From: Escherichia phage A73
Length of the DNA: 64,000 nucleotides
Sequence record: OP778609
Direction: 5' to 3' (one strand)
This document shows positions 56,374 to 64,000 of the stretch, piece by piece. The translations under genes and the position numbers were made by a program. The notes under the pieces are model-generated. The model had not been told where the DNA came from and ran no database searches. It worked only from the letters and a program-made list of their open reading frames with translations. Numbering within the stretch: position 1 is the first letter of the stretch; each line of letters begins with the position of its first letter.

Positions 56374-56554
56374 ACAACATCTCCGCTGCTACAAGTGATA
56401 AGATCATTGCCATATACATCACAATAGAGGTCACACTGATTTGAATGAATAGTTCATCAGTAACATGATTGAAGTAAACATTCTTTACATATCGAACCCC
56501 TATAAGCCAAAATGCCATCACCACAGCAAATGTTAGTATCATACGTTTTATCAT
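56342..56554 (-). CDS. Small 2-TM membrane protein (possible holin)
   Basis: 70 aa; two hydrophobic helices, basic C-terminus KRKNKAIK; immediately downstream of the hydrolase gene with overlapping stop-start. Confidence 0.35.
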   Translation of the reverse strand: MIKRMILTFAVVMAFWLIGVRYVKNVYFNHVTDELFIQISVTSIVMYMAMILSLVAAEMLYEKRKNKAIK

Positions 56555-57066
56555 TTCTTCTTCTCCTCTTTGTCTTTATAAAAGATGTGATTTTCTATGG
56601 TTACTGTTCTTTTTAGAAGTTTACGCCAAACGGGTTTAACCTTCTTCGTATGATAATACAGAGATCCATATGTCGGGTCAAACCTTTTGTACAAAATCTC
56701 GTTATTTTTTAGCTTATGTACGAATTTTGATATACTAAGAGCACCCTCCCAAGAATCTTTATCTGTTATATTATAGGAAGATTTGGTTAGTGTCCACGAG
56801 AACTGAGAGGCTTGATACACAACACCCTTCATAGTGGTTGGGAACTTATCATGCTTCATACGATTCATGGTTACAAATGCAACAGCCATCTGACCATTAA
56901 CAGTCTCACCTCTTGCTTCCATATAGACATTACAGGCTAAGGCATTTACAGAATTATCCTTTTTCGTACATTTATGAATAACCTTCTGTGCTCTCTCTTT
57001 GGCATAAGTGACACCTGGTGCCAGAGACAGAGTACAAATCAAACCACATAAAACTAATTTTTTCAT
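56551..57066 (-). CDS. Cell-wall hydrolase (SleB/Hydrolase_2-like) with signal peptide
   Basis: 171 aa; N-terminal MKKLVLCGLICTLSLAPGVTYA looks like a Sec signal; core ALACNVYMEARGE...VAFVTMNRMKHDKFP...GVVYQASQFSW. Confidence 0.7.
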   Translation of the reverse strand: MKKLVLCGLICTLSLAPGVTYAKERAQKVIHKCTKKDNSVNALACNVYMEARGETVNGQMAVAFVTMNRMKHDKFPTTMKGVVYQASQFSWTLTKSSYNITDKDSWEGALSISKFVHKLKNNEILYKRFDPTYGSLYYHTKKVKPVWRKLLKRTVTIENHIFYKDKEEKKK

Positions 57067-57112
57067 TTTTCCTCCAATTGAGGACCCAGCTTATCACTGG
57101 GTCACCCTCTTG

Positions 57113-57499
57113 TCAACTACCTTCGATATGCTTCTGAATTTGATCAGCAATGCCTTTCCATAAACCATTAAGGAAAGGGTTACTTGTGATGATTTCGCCC
57201 AACCAAGGGCCATACAGGCGGTATACGTAGTCATCTGTGATCGCATAGATACTTCCATCACGTACAGCAAGACCACGTACAAGGGAGGTTGTTACACGAC
57301 GACCTGCAAACCCCGTCTTTTGGTATTCCAGTTCAGAATGTTCAATATAACCTACCAGATTTACCAGATTTTGAGTTCCATCAATTGCAAACCCACATTT
57401 CTTTTCAAGGTCTTCTGAAATCTTACTGACCCCCTCTAATGCGAAGTTACCTCCAAATTTTAGGCCGTACTTAGCTGCAAGTTTATCGTGCGCTGTCAT
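57113..57499 (-). CDS. Hypothetical protein
   Basis: 128-aa ORF. Confidence 0.4.
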   Translation of the reverse strand: MTAHDKLAAKYGLKFGGNFALEGVSKISEDLEKKCGFAIDGTQNLVNLVGYIEHSELEYQKTGFAGRRVTTSLVRGLAVRDGSIYAITDDYVYRLYGPWLGEIITSNPFLNGLWKGIADQIQKHIEGS

Positions 57500-57690
57500 T
57501 TTACACTTTCCTTGATCAGTTGTTCAAAAGTTTCAACATCCTGAGTGATATGTGCTGTACTTCCATCACGGAAGACAACAACGGTAGTTTCTTCACCAAA
57601 ATGATTACCTTCACGAAAGAGAAGAATCTCTTCTACACGTAGAGCAACTTTAAGACCACCCTCACCTGTCAAATTTGCTTTTACGAACAT
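57496..57690 (-). CDS. Hypothetical small protein
   Basis: 64-aa ORF. Confidence 0.3.
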   Translation of the reverse strand: MFVKANLTGEGGLKVALRVEEILLFREGNHFGEETTVVVFRDGSTAHITQDVETFEQLIKESVK

Positions 57691-57881
57691 TATAAACCTC
57701 CCATGCTACGAAGAATAACATCTTTCATACGAATAAGAATTTCATTCTTATCCACCTCAGGAAAAATTTCAACCAGTTTAATAAGTAAACTTCTTCCACT
57801 TTTATACTCACCCGATCTTGCAAGGTGTAGAACAGTTCTTGCAAACTCTAACTCGTCTAAAGGTACTTTTCCTTCAACCAT
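57690..57881 (-). CDS. Hypothetical small protein
   Basis: 63-aa ORF. Confidence 0.3.
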   Translation of the reverse strand: MVEGKVPLDELEFARTVLHLARSGEYKSGRSLLIKLVEIFPEVDKNEILIRMKDVILRSMGGL

Positions 57882-58135
57882 TCCGCAGCCTCCTTCAAGT
57901 TGTCAAACACTTTATAAGCAACACCTGTATATTCTGAATCCCAATCGTCACTTGGGTCATAATCCTCGTTAATCTCTTCTACATCAACATGATACTTATT
58001 TTCGTAGTCCTTTTCAACAAGAATACGAAGATCATGATAAACAGATGCTTCAACTTGGTCTGCTATTTTATCAAAGTAATCTCGATCTGTCATCTTTATA
58101 CCCCACAACGTTGGAGAAAAGCTTCGCAAATGCAC
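57857..58135 (-). CDS. Hypothetical acidic protein
   Basis: 92-aa ORF. Confidence 0.35.
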   Translation of the reverse strand: MHLRSFSPTLWGIKMTDRDYFDKIADQVEASVYHDLRILVEKDYENKYHVDVEEINEDYDPSDDWDSEYTGVAYKVFDNLKEAAEWLKEKYL

Positions 58136-58347
58136 AAAAAATCTTCTTTTTCTACATTCTTGATATCCATACCGATCTCTTTAAAAAGTTTAGGAAGATC
58201 AAGAGCCTTCGCGTCCTTTTCTAACTTGAAATAGCCGTTCTTATCATACGGAATTTTTTGGAGGAATAGAACATCTGGATTATCAGAGCCTTTTGTTTTT
58301 GTTGCTAGATAATCATAAATATCTTCACGAGGTACTGGCTTCTTCAT
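58096..58347 (-). CDS. Hypothetical small protein
   Basis: 83-aa ORF. Confidence 0.35.
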   Translation of the reverse strand: MKKPVPREDIYDYLATKTKGSDNPDVLFLQKIPYDKNGYFKLEKDAKALDLPKLFKEIGMDIKNVEKEDFLCICEAFLQRCGV

Positions 58348-58348
58348 A

Positions 58349-58792
58349 TTATTCTCCTGTCAAATTTAATTTGTCACCTTTTCGCATCTCAAGGAAGGCT
58401 TTGAGATCTCCAAACTTAGTTTCCGTAAACGCAGAACCTGCCGGAGCTTTGTTATAATCCCATGTTTCCTTTGCTTCGTCAATATCTCCCACACGAGATT
58501 CAATTTTCTTTCTGAATTCGTAAACGGAATACTTTGAACGAATAACTTTCGGCGGTACGTAACGCATAATGCCTGCGTCGCTTGATCTCTTTGATAATGA
58601 AACCTTTTGTTGATGCATTTTAACACATCTTAAAACGTACTCCTCGAATTCCTTTTTAAAAGCCAGGTGAATCAAGGATTCTGGTGCAGAGAAGTGAACC
58701 TTACGATAAGACCCATCATCATCCATAAGGTAACACACTTCTGGTTTTCCTGCAAAAACTTCAACATCAAAACTTTCAATCTGGAACTTCAT
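58349..58792 (-). CDS. Hypothetical protein
   Basis: 147-aa ORF. Confidence 0.4.
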   Translation of the reverse strand: MKFQIESFDVEVFAGKPEVCYLMDDDGSYRKVHFSAPESLIHLAFKKEFEEYVLRCVKMHQQKVSLSKRSSDAGIMRYVPPKVIRSKYSVYEFRKKIESRVGDIDEAKETWDYNKAPAGSAFTETKFGDLKAFLEMRKGDKLNLTGE

Positions 58793-58836
58793 AAAGTAAA
58801 ACCCCCATCGGTTAGGATAGGGGTATATTACATTGG

Positions 58837-59031
58837 TTACTCTACAGAGTCAACCGTTTCAACAAAGATAATATCACCATATTTCAGCTTACGGCGGTTG
58901 TCACCTTTGTGGGTGTGGTCCACAGGGTTAAATGATCCAATATCATTGGAATGTTTCCAGCCAGATTTAACAGAAAACTGCTTAACAACAGCAGCAAAAT
59001 CTTCCGGCTTTAACTCAATCATATGCTCCAT
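58837..59031 (-). CDS. Hypothetical small protein
   Basis: 64-aa ORF. Confidence 0.3.
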   Translation of the reverse strand: MEHMIELKPEDFAAVVKQFSVKSGWKHSNDIGSFNPVDHTHKGDNRRKLKYGDIIFVETVDSVE

Positions 59032-59119
59032 TACATACTCCTTTCATAAGAAATTTCTCTATAGGGGCTTCATAGAGTAAAAACCCCTATTGATTAAGAT
59101 AGAACCTATTATCAGTTAT

Positions 59120-59509
59120 TTACTCGTCAACAACTTTCCAACTCCAAAGATAACCATCTTTAGGCATAGTGGAACCTTTAACAAATATCATTTCGTCATA
59201 AAGATCATTTTCGTTAGGCAAATCTTCTAGGAGTTTAAACTCAACATTGTTATACTCATTATAGATGATTTGTGCACGGAGTTTCTTGCCTACCTTAATG
59301 GAGTTAGTTTCTGATCGAACACATTCAATAATGTATCCCTTTTCATAAGAAATTTCTTCACGAGATACCTTATAGACCTTGACCAACGCAGGAAATTCCT
59401 TTTGTATTTTCAAAGCTGTATGCTGCGCTTCTTGTTCACTATCATAACCCTTGAAGAATTTAAAAACTTCACCTTCCCACTTGATCCAGACTTCATATTC
59501 TTTTTCCAT
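59120..59509 (-). CDS. Hypothetical protein
   Basis: Start set at MEKEYEV behind AAGAGG RBS; ORF track extends to 59617. Confidence 0.4.
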   Translation of the reverse strand: MEKEYEVWIKWEGEVFKFFKGYDSEQEAQHTALKIQKEFPALVKVYKVSREEISYEKGYIIECVRSETNSIKVGKKLRAQIIYNEYNNVEFKLLEDLPNENDLYDEMIFVKGSTMPKDGYLWSWKVVDE

Positions 59510-59519
59510 GTATCGCCTC

Positions 59520-59837
59520 TTAAGAAATAAGTTGGATTTTTGGACCTTTTTCTTTTTCTGCTTGACGCAGGCGTTCACGAACGTACAGTTCGATATCAGT
59601 TGGTCGCCACAATTCAACTATAACCACATCGAAACGGTTTTCGTGAGCACCAGGTTGTTTATTCATGTAGCTTGCCATCAGGTCTGCACTTTCTTGATCA
59701 GCAAATACAGCTTTTGCTACGATTGGCTTACCATCTTCAGTTTGTCCCATACTCATGCTCGGAATGTTGTGACCTGCATCATTATCACGAATAGCAAACA
59801 CAAGAGTAGTTTCAGCATTTTTCAGAAAGTCAGTCAT
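59520..59837 (-). CDS. Hypothetical protein
   Basis: 105-aa ORF. Confidence 0.4.
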   Translation of the reverse strand: MTDFLKNAETTLVFAIRDNDAGHNIPSMSMGQTEDGKPIVAKAVFADQESADLMASYMNKQPGAHENRFDVVIVELWRPTDIELYVRERLRQAEKEKGPKIQLIS

Positions 59838-60063
59838 TAATAATCTCCACGTCAGAATTGATATCAGTTTTATAAAACAGTCCCAGAGTTTCTGCGACCC
59901 CTATCTCTATGAAAACAGCATCCTCATACACAACTGCATCAGAGGTTGCGTATACTTTATTATAAATTGGCTGGCCTGTAAAGTCACAATCAACAATATA
60001 TTTAAACTTTTGGCCTTTCTTTACATCACGGGCCTTGATCAGCTTAACATTAATCATCGGCAC
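59830..60063 (-). CDS. Hypothetical small protein
   Basis: 77-aa ORF. Confidence 0.35.
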   Translation of the reverse strand: MPMINVKLIKARDVKKGQKFKYIVDCDFTGQPIYNKVYATSDAVVYEDAVFIEIGVAETLGLFYKTDINSDVEIIND

Positions 60064-60745
60064 TCCCTATTTGTAATGGTACAATACCTAAAGCTTCCAA
60101 ACCTGCCTCCACGACCTTACGATTTACAGAAGCCTCAAACTCTGCTTGTGCTTTCGCCTTAACAACCTCGGAGTTTTCCTTAAACACGTTAATCGCATGT
60201 TGAGTGATATCCGGCAGCTTTGAATGAACACGAGTGATCTTATTCTTAAGTTCAGTCAATTCTTTCTTTGTTGCCTTACCTTTCTCAATAAGTTGCTGGA
60301 CTTCAATTACGGCTTCCAGATGGTCCTTTAAAAGATCTTTTAAGTCTTTATCCACGTTCAAGCCGATCATGTCAGAACTGTTTTGTTGTCCCTCAATGCC
60401 AGGAACATATCCATCGCCCTTGATATATCTTAATGTGATTGGTACGCCTTGTCCACTATGGGATGCCACTAACTCTGCCCATTGGTAAGATGTTAATTCA
60501 ATCTCAATGACACGAGAGTTTCGTGACGTATAATAAGACGGCAAACCATAAGAAATCTCCTGGTATGCGGTATCAATACGTAAACAAACACGTTGATTAT
60601 GGGTCGTGTCTGATCCGAACATTTCCACATTCCCACCAGTTGGGTGAGTGATTGATGCCAACCCATAAGCGGGGTGTGTCTGGATTACACGCTCAAATAC
60701 GCCAGCTTCAGACAATTTTACTTCGGGCTTCATTACGTTTCTCAT
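60050..60745 (-). CDS. Hypothetical protein
   Basis: 231-aa ORF; C-terminal half helical and charged. Confidence 0.45.
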   Translation of the reverse strand: MRNVMKPEVKLSEAGVFERVIQTHPAYGLASITHPTGGNVEMFGSDTTHNQRVCLRIDTAYQEISYGLPSYYTSRNSRVIEIELTSYQWAELVASHSGQGVPITLRYIKGDGYVPGIEGQQNSSDMIGLNVDKDLKDLLKDHLEAVIEVQQLIEKGKATKKELTELKNKITRVHSKLPDITQHAINVFKENSEVVKAKAQAEFEASVNRKVVEAGLEALGIVPLQIGSADD

Positions 60746-60753
60746 AAAATCCC

Positions 60754-60954
60754 CTATTTTATTTTTACAATGTATTTAGAAGTTCTTCGGATTCTTTGGG
60801 TCCTTGTCCAAGTTGGGTCAACATACTCTATTTCTGCCAGACCCTTACTCGGGATGATTCTGGTGATAATCCCCTTAAATATAGTTTTACGATCGTCATA
60901 AGTAAAATCTACTTTGTCACCAACTTTCATCTCTATACCCATTAAATCTTTCAA
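60754..60954 (-). CDS. Hypothetical small protein
   Basis: 66-aa ORF. Confidence 0.3.
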   Translation of the reverse strand: MKDLMGIEMKVGDKVDFTYDDRKTIFKGIITRIIPSKGLAEIEYVDPTWTRTQRIRRTSKYIVKIK

Positions 60955-60958
60955 ATCA

Positions 60959-61183
60959 TCAACCCCGTCTTTCTTTCAGTTCCTGTAAGAATAACTCATC
61001 CGCAAGATTATTTAAACTATTTGCCAGATTTCGGGCTTGTTCACGAGTAACACGAATACCAACAGAATCACAACCTTCGCGATCGCAGTAGTCAATACCA
61101 ATCAGAATTTTACCTTTTTCAGTTGAAGGGGTGATGTTAATTTCTGCCTGATAATCTACACCAATATCTTGAAATGCCATCAT
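60959..61183 (-). CDS. Hypothetical small protein
   Basis: 74-aa ORF. Confidence 0.3.
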   Translation of the reverse strand: MMAFQDIGVDYQAEINITPSTEKGKILIGIDYCDREGCDSVGIRVTREQARNLANSLNNLADELFLQELKERRG

Positions 61184-61337
61184 TTTGTATATACCTCTTG
61201 TATTTCTGCGATTAATGTTTCAGAGGAACTGGCAATTTCTGCTCGGACTTCCTCTGCTTTTTCTTTATCTTCAAACAGGGTCGGATGAATTTGAGCATCC
61301 TCACCACAATGAAGACACAGTATAGCATAATACTTCA

Positions 61338-61700
61338 TCACTTATTACCTTTTTCTTCTTCATGCGGCTTAACAATAATCTCTTCAATAATCTCAGGATC
61401 AATGTTTTTAGTATACATAAAAGTATAAAGCGCCGTTTTCAAAGCGGCACGTTTACCATAGTAATGATCTGCGATGCCATTCTGTTTTGATAGTTTATGA
61501 ATCTCCACTATTTTGCTTTCAACTTCTTCGTTGGAGATCTCTATGTACTCGACTGCTGACATACGTTCAATAAATATTGCATTAAGACCGTATAACTTGG
61601 CATCTCGCTCCACGTATTCTTTGAATCGCTGCCACTCTACCTCATCTTTGATAAGGTCTGCAATTTTAAAGATTACTGGGTGCTTACGTGATTTGGTCAT
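61338..61700 (-). CDS. Hypothetical protein
   Basis: 120-aa ORF. Confidence 0.4.
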   Translation of the reverse strand: MTKSRKHPVIFKIADLIKDEVEWQRFKEYVERDAKLYGLNAIFIERMSAVEYIEISNEEVESKIVEIHKLSKQNGIADHYYGKRAALKTALYTFMYTKNIDPEIIEEIIVKPHEEEKGNK

Positions 61701-61756
61701 TTATTCTCTCCTCGTTTGTTTTGATAGGGTCATATTACACAACCCTTGATATGGTG

Positions 61757-62014
61757 TCAACTAAAAATTAAAGAAACAACGTGGTAAATTACTTGGGGAA
61801 AGATAACTACGAAGTACAGATCAACAAATCCAGAGATAAAGTGATAAGCCTTCAGTTTTGTACGTTTACCTTTGTAAAAATCAGAGATGATTTTGAAATA
61901 TTTATAAAGATTCCTTAAAAGTGCAAAACCGATCAACCCCAACCCACTAAGAACCACAACAAAAAGTGAAAACTGGACGTCCGCACTAAAAACACCAATA
62001 ATAAGATCTAACAT
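61757..62014 (-). CDS. Small membrane protein
   Basis: 85 aa with two hydrophobic helices. Confidence 0.4.
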   Translation of the reverse strand: MLDLIIGVFSADVQFSLFVVVLSGLGLIGFALLRNLYKYFKIISDFYKGKRTKLKAYHFISGFVDLYFVVIFPQVIYHVVSLIFS

Positions 62015-62289
62015 TAAATTTCCTCCAATTCAGACTCTACGATGTAAAAACCTTGTAATATTTCATAAACCCACGTATTAAAATGGTCAGAATATACTAT
62101 ACCCTTTACACTATAAGTTTTATTTTCAAACTTAACTGTTGGGTTATTGACCCTCACCACAGTATCACTTGCAAACTTGGGCATACCGTGCTTTGAAATT
62201 GCTTCACGATCAACTTTATAAACATTCCTCCCAAAGAACTTTTCCAGTGGGCAAAGATTATTCTCAAAATCAGTACCCATAGTCAACAT
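62014..62289 (-). CDS. Hypothetical small protein
   Basis: 91-aa ORF. Confidence 0.35.
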   Translation of the reverse strand: MLTMGTDFENNLCPLEKFFGRNVYKVDREAISKHGMPKFASDTVVRVNNPTVKFENKTYSVKGIVYSDHFNTWVYEILQGFYIVESELEEI

Positions 62290-62536
62290 CCCCTGTAATT
62301 ACTGAAGTGCTTTTCTTTGTCTTACCATTTGAAGTCTTGATATGAGTATCTGCATGAGGACAATACACCACATTCAGACTCATATCTCCTGGGTTAGCTT
62401 TGAGACGATAAATCTTACAACCTGCCTCTTTCATTTCTTGCGGTAAAATGTAATTAGTAGTCTTATCGACAACGCCCTTTTGATCACAACCGGAAATGAA
62501 ACATACCATAAAAATCGCAGCAATAATCTTTTTCAT
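62270..62536 (-). CDS. Putative lipoprotein
   Basis: 88 aa; N-terminus MKKIIAAIFMVCFISGCDQ with lipobox ISGC. Confidence 0.45.
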   Translation of the reverse strand: MKKIIAAIFMVCFISGCDQKGVVDKTTNYILPQEMKEAGCKIYRLKANPGDMSLNVVYCPHADTHIKTSNGKTKKSTSVITGDVDYGY

Positions 62537-62883
62537 TTTACCTCCATCATAAATACTTTAACTTTTCGTACCTCTAATCTTACTTTATTAGAGCCTTGAA
62601 GTCTATTTCTTTTTTCAATTGCGTCATTAATGTCGCCATAGAAGTAGTGATCCTTACCTATTGTTGGTATTCCATTGCCGCCTTGCATAGCCAGTGTATA
62701 CATTTCTTTTCCACCTTGCAACCCTTTTGATACTTTTTCTTCAAAATATTTATTGAATTGGGTTGGTGAAGTGTCAATTTCTACATCATCTTCCCATCCC
62801 ATAACTTTATCCCAAAAACGGTCAATCTTGTCAAGAACTTTGTTACTAATCTTTTTAATCTTCTTCAACATAATCTTCCCCAT
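62533..62883 (-). CDS. Hypothetical protein
   Basis: 116-aa ORF. Confidence 0.4.
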   Translation of the reverse strand: MGKIMLKKIKKISNKVLDKIDRFWDKVMGWEDDVEIDTSPTQFNKYFEEKVSKGLQGGKEMYTLAMQGGNGIPTIGKDHYFYGDINDAIEKRNRLQGSNKVRLEVRKVKVFMMEVK

Positions 62884-63343
62884 TATTTATTTGGATACCG
62901 AAACGATTTTCATTAGTGGAAAAGAAACCATTTTCCATGCGGCGAATCTCTTCTTTCATCACTTCCTGCATCGTTAATTTAAGGATTTCTTTGTTTAATT
63001 TTGGCTTAACTTCACGGAGCTTGTCAAGAAGTTTTTCCATTTCTTCTTTTACTTTTTCTTCCTCATTTTCTACCTCTAATTGGTCCATTGCATCTTTACA
63101 AACACAGCAATGGCCCACAACTCTTAAAATATGATTTTGTATAGGTAATGCTTTTCTTCCACAATACCCACAAACAATAGACCCACCGGAGGACCGGGCA
63201 TCTATCGTCAATGTAGGCTTGGCCCCTTCTGCTTGAGAATGCCAAGTCTTTTTACCCTGGTAATCATACATAAAGAATTCGTAGGATCTTTCATCAACGT
63301 GGTCTTCGAGCATATGTAAAGTTCGTGTATTGAAATGTTTCAT
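62855..63343 (-). CDS. Hypothetical zinc-binding protein (first gene of - strand block)
   Basis: 162 aa; CGYCG...HCCVCK Cys cluster, charged coiled-coil region; GAGGAG RBS; lies just downstream of a - strand promoter. Confidence 0.45.
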   Translation of the reverse strand: MKHFNTRTLHMLEDHVDERSYEFFMYDYQGKKTWHSQAEGAKPTLTIDARSSGGSIVCGYCGRKALPIQNHILRVVGHCCVCKDAMDQLEVENEEEKVKEEMEKLLDKLREVKPKLNKEILKLTMQEVMKEEIRRMENGFFSTNENRFGIQINNGEDYVEED

Positions 63344-63372
63344 TTTTAACTCCTCGTCGTTTGTATGTGCTA

Positions 63373-63401
63373 ACTATACGAGAACTTGAGGGGAAGATCA
63401 A
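63373..63401 (-). promoter_or_regulatory. Sigma70-like promoter for the - strand early block
   Basis: On - strand TTGATC-N17-TATAGT, ~30 nt upstream of the ATG at 63343. Confidence 0.55.
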
Positions 63402-63404
63402 TAC

Positions 63405-63432
63405 TTGATTTGCATTTTATTTTCATTATACT
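63405..63432 (+). promoter_or_regulatory. Sigma70-like promoter for the + strand HD-domain gene
   Basis: TTGATT-N16-TATACT on + strand, back-to-back with the - strand promoter; AAGGAGA RBS before the ATG at 63464. Confidence 0.5.
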
Positions 63433-63463
63433 GTGCACATCTAAAACGAGAAGGAGATGACAA

Positions 63464-64000
63464 ATGAGTCAAGATAAAGAGTTAGCCATTGCGATATCCG
63501 TAGCTGCTTCTGCCCATGTTGACCAAGTAGATAAAGGGGGGAATATCTATATTCTTCATCCTTTGCAGGTGATGCAAACATTGCAGCAAAAGGGAAGGGA
63601 AGATTTAATGGCAGCAGGAGTTTTGCATGATGTGATTGAAGATACTGAAATCACTATGGAACACCTCTTTAAAAAGGGGATTTCAGAAAGAACCTTAGTG
63701 ATTGTCGATGCAGTGACAAAGAAACGTAAGCAATCTTCATCTGATTACCTAGAGGGGATTTTAGAGAGTGAGGGTGCTTGTCATGTTAAGCTTGCGGATC
63801 TTAAACACAACTTAGATATTCTGCGAACTTGTAGCACCACAGAAAAAGACTTGCAACGGGTCAGGAAGTATGTAACAATGCACTTGTTGATTACGGAGAT
63901 GGTTGATTGGTATGAAAGTATCGGAAGGTATCTCGATTATTGTGATTCTTTTGCCTATTCTAGCTATCTCGACGAACGTAAAGAATTTGTTCAGAAACTT
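63464..64000 (+). CDS. HD-domain protein, RelA/SpoT-type hydrolase-like (3' partial)
   Basis: ORF runs off the window end (absent from ORF track); HD signature ...AHVDQVDKGGNIYILHPLQV...AAGVLHDVIEDT. Confidence 0.6.
   Translation, partial: MSQDKELAIAISVAASAHVDQVDKGGNIYILHPLQVMQTLQQKGREDLMAAGVLHDVIEDTEITMEHLFKKGISERTLVIVDAVTKKRKQSSSDYLEGILESEGACHVKLADLKHNLDILRTCSTTEKDLQRVRKYVTMHLLITEMVDWYESIGRYLDYCDSFAYSSYLDERKEFVQKL

Noticed and set aside
1-64000. tRNA, rRNA or tmRNA genes, and integrase or attachment sites.
   Set aside because: No intergenic segment shows cloverleaf-compatible structure or conserved tRNA elements by eye, and no tyrosine or serine recombinase motif was seen; a tRNA-scanning program on the full sequence would be needed to exclude tRNAs formally.

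Overview
This 64 kb window reads as a contiguous segment of a tailed dsDNA phage (or prophage) genome with two oppositely oriented gene blocks. Positions 1-34166 (+ strand) hold a late/structural module: large terminase, portal, scaffold, decoration and lambda-E-like major capsid proteins, two large collagen-like (Gly-X-Y) fibre proteins, connector genes, contractile-tail genes (sheath, tube, chaperone with a -1 frameshift site, tape measure), a P2/Mu-like baseplate set (V-, W-, J-, I-like), a collar-domain tail fibre with assembly chaperone, three membrane proteins, a 1077-aa long fibre and a distal 411-aa protein. The operon is punctuated by UUCG-loop rho-independent terminators and ends at a bidirectional terminator (34165-34200). 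Positions 34215-63343 (- strand) hold an early/replication module of tightly coupled ORFs: an SSB-like protein ending DDDIPF, a T7-type family-A DNA polymerase interrupted by a group I intron carrying an HNH homing endonuclease, a GHKL-ATPase-like protein next to a compact C5-methyltransferase-like protein, a primase-helicase, an SF1 helicase, a signal-peptide SleB-like cell-wall hydrolase, tandem and dispersed paralog families, lipoproteins and small membrane proteins. The window ends with divergent sigma70-like promoters and a partial + strand HD-domain (RelA/SpoT-type hydrolase) gene. No rRNA, tRNA, CRISPR array, integrase or transposase was recognised. All calls are from reading the sequence and ORF translations; no database search was run, and family assignments rest on motifs recalled from memory.
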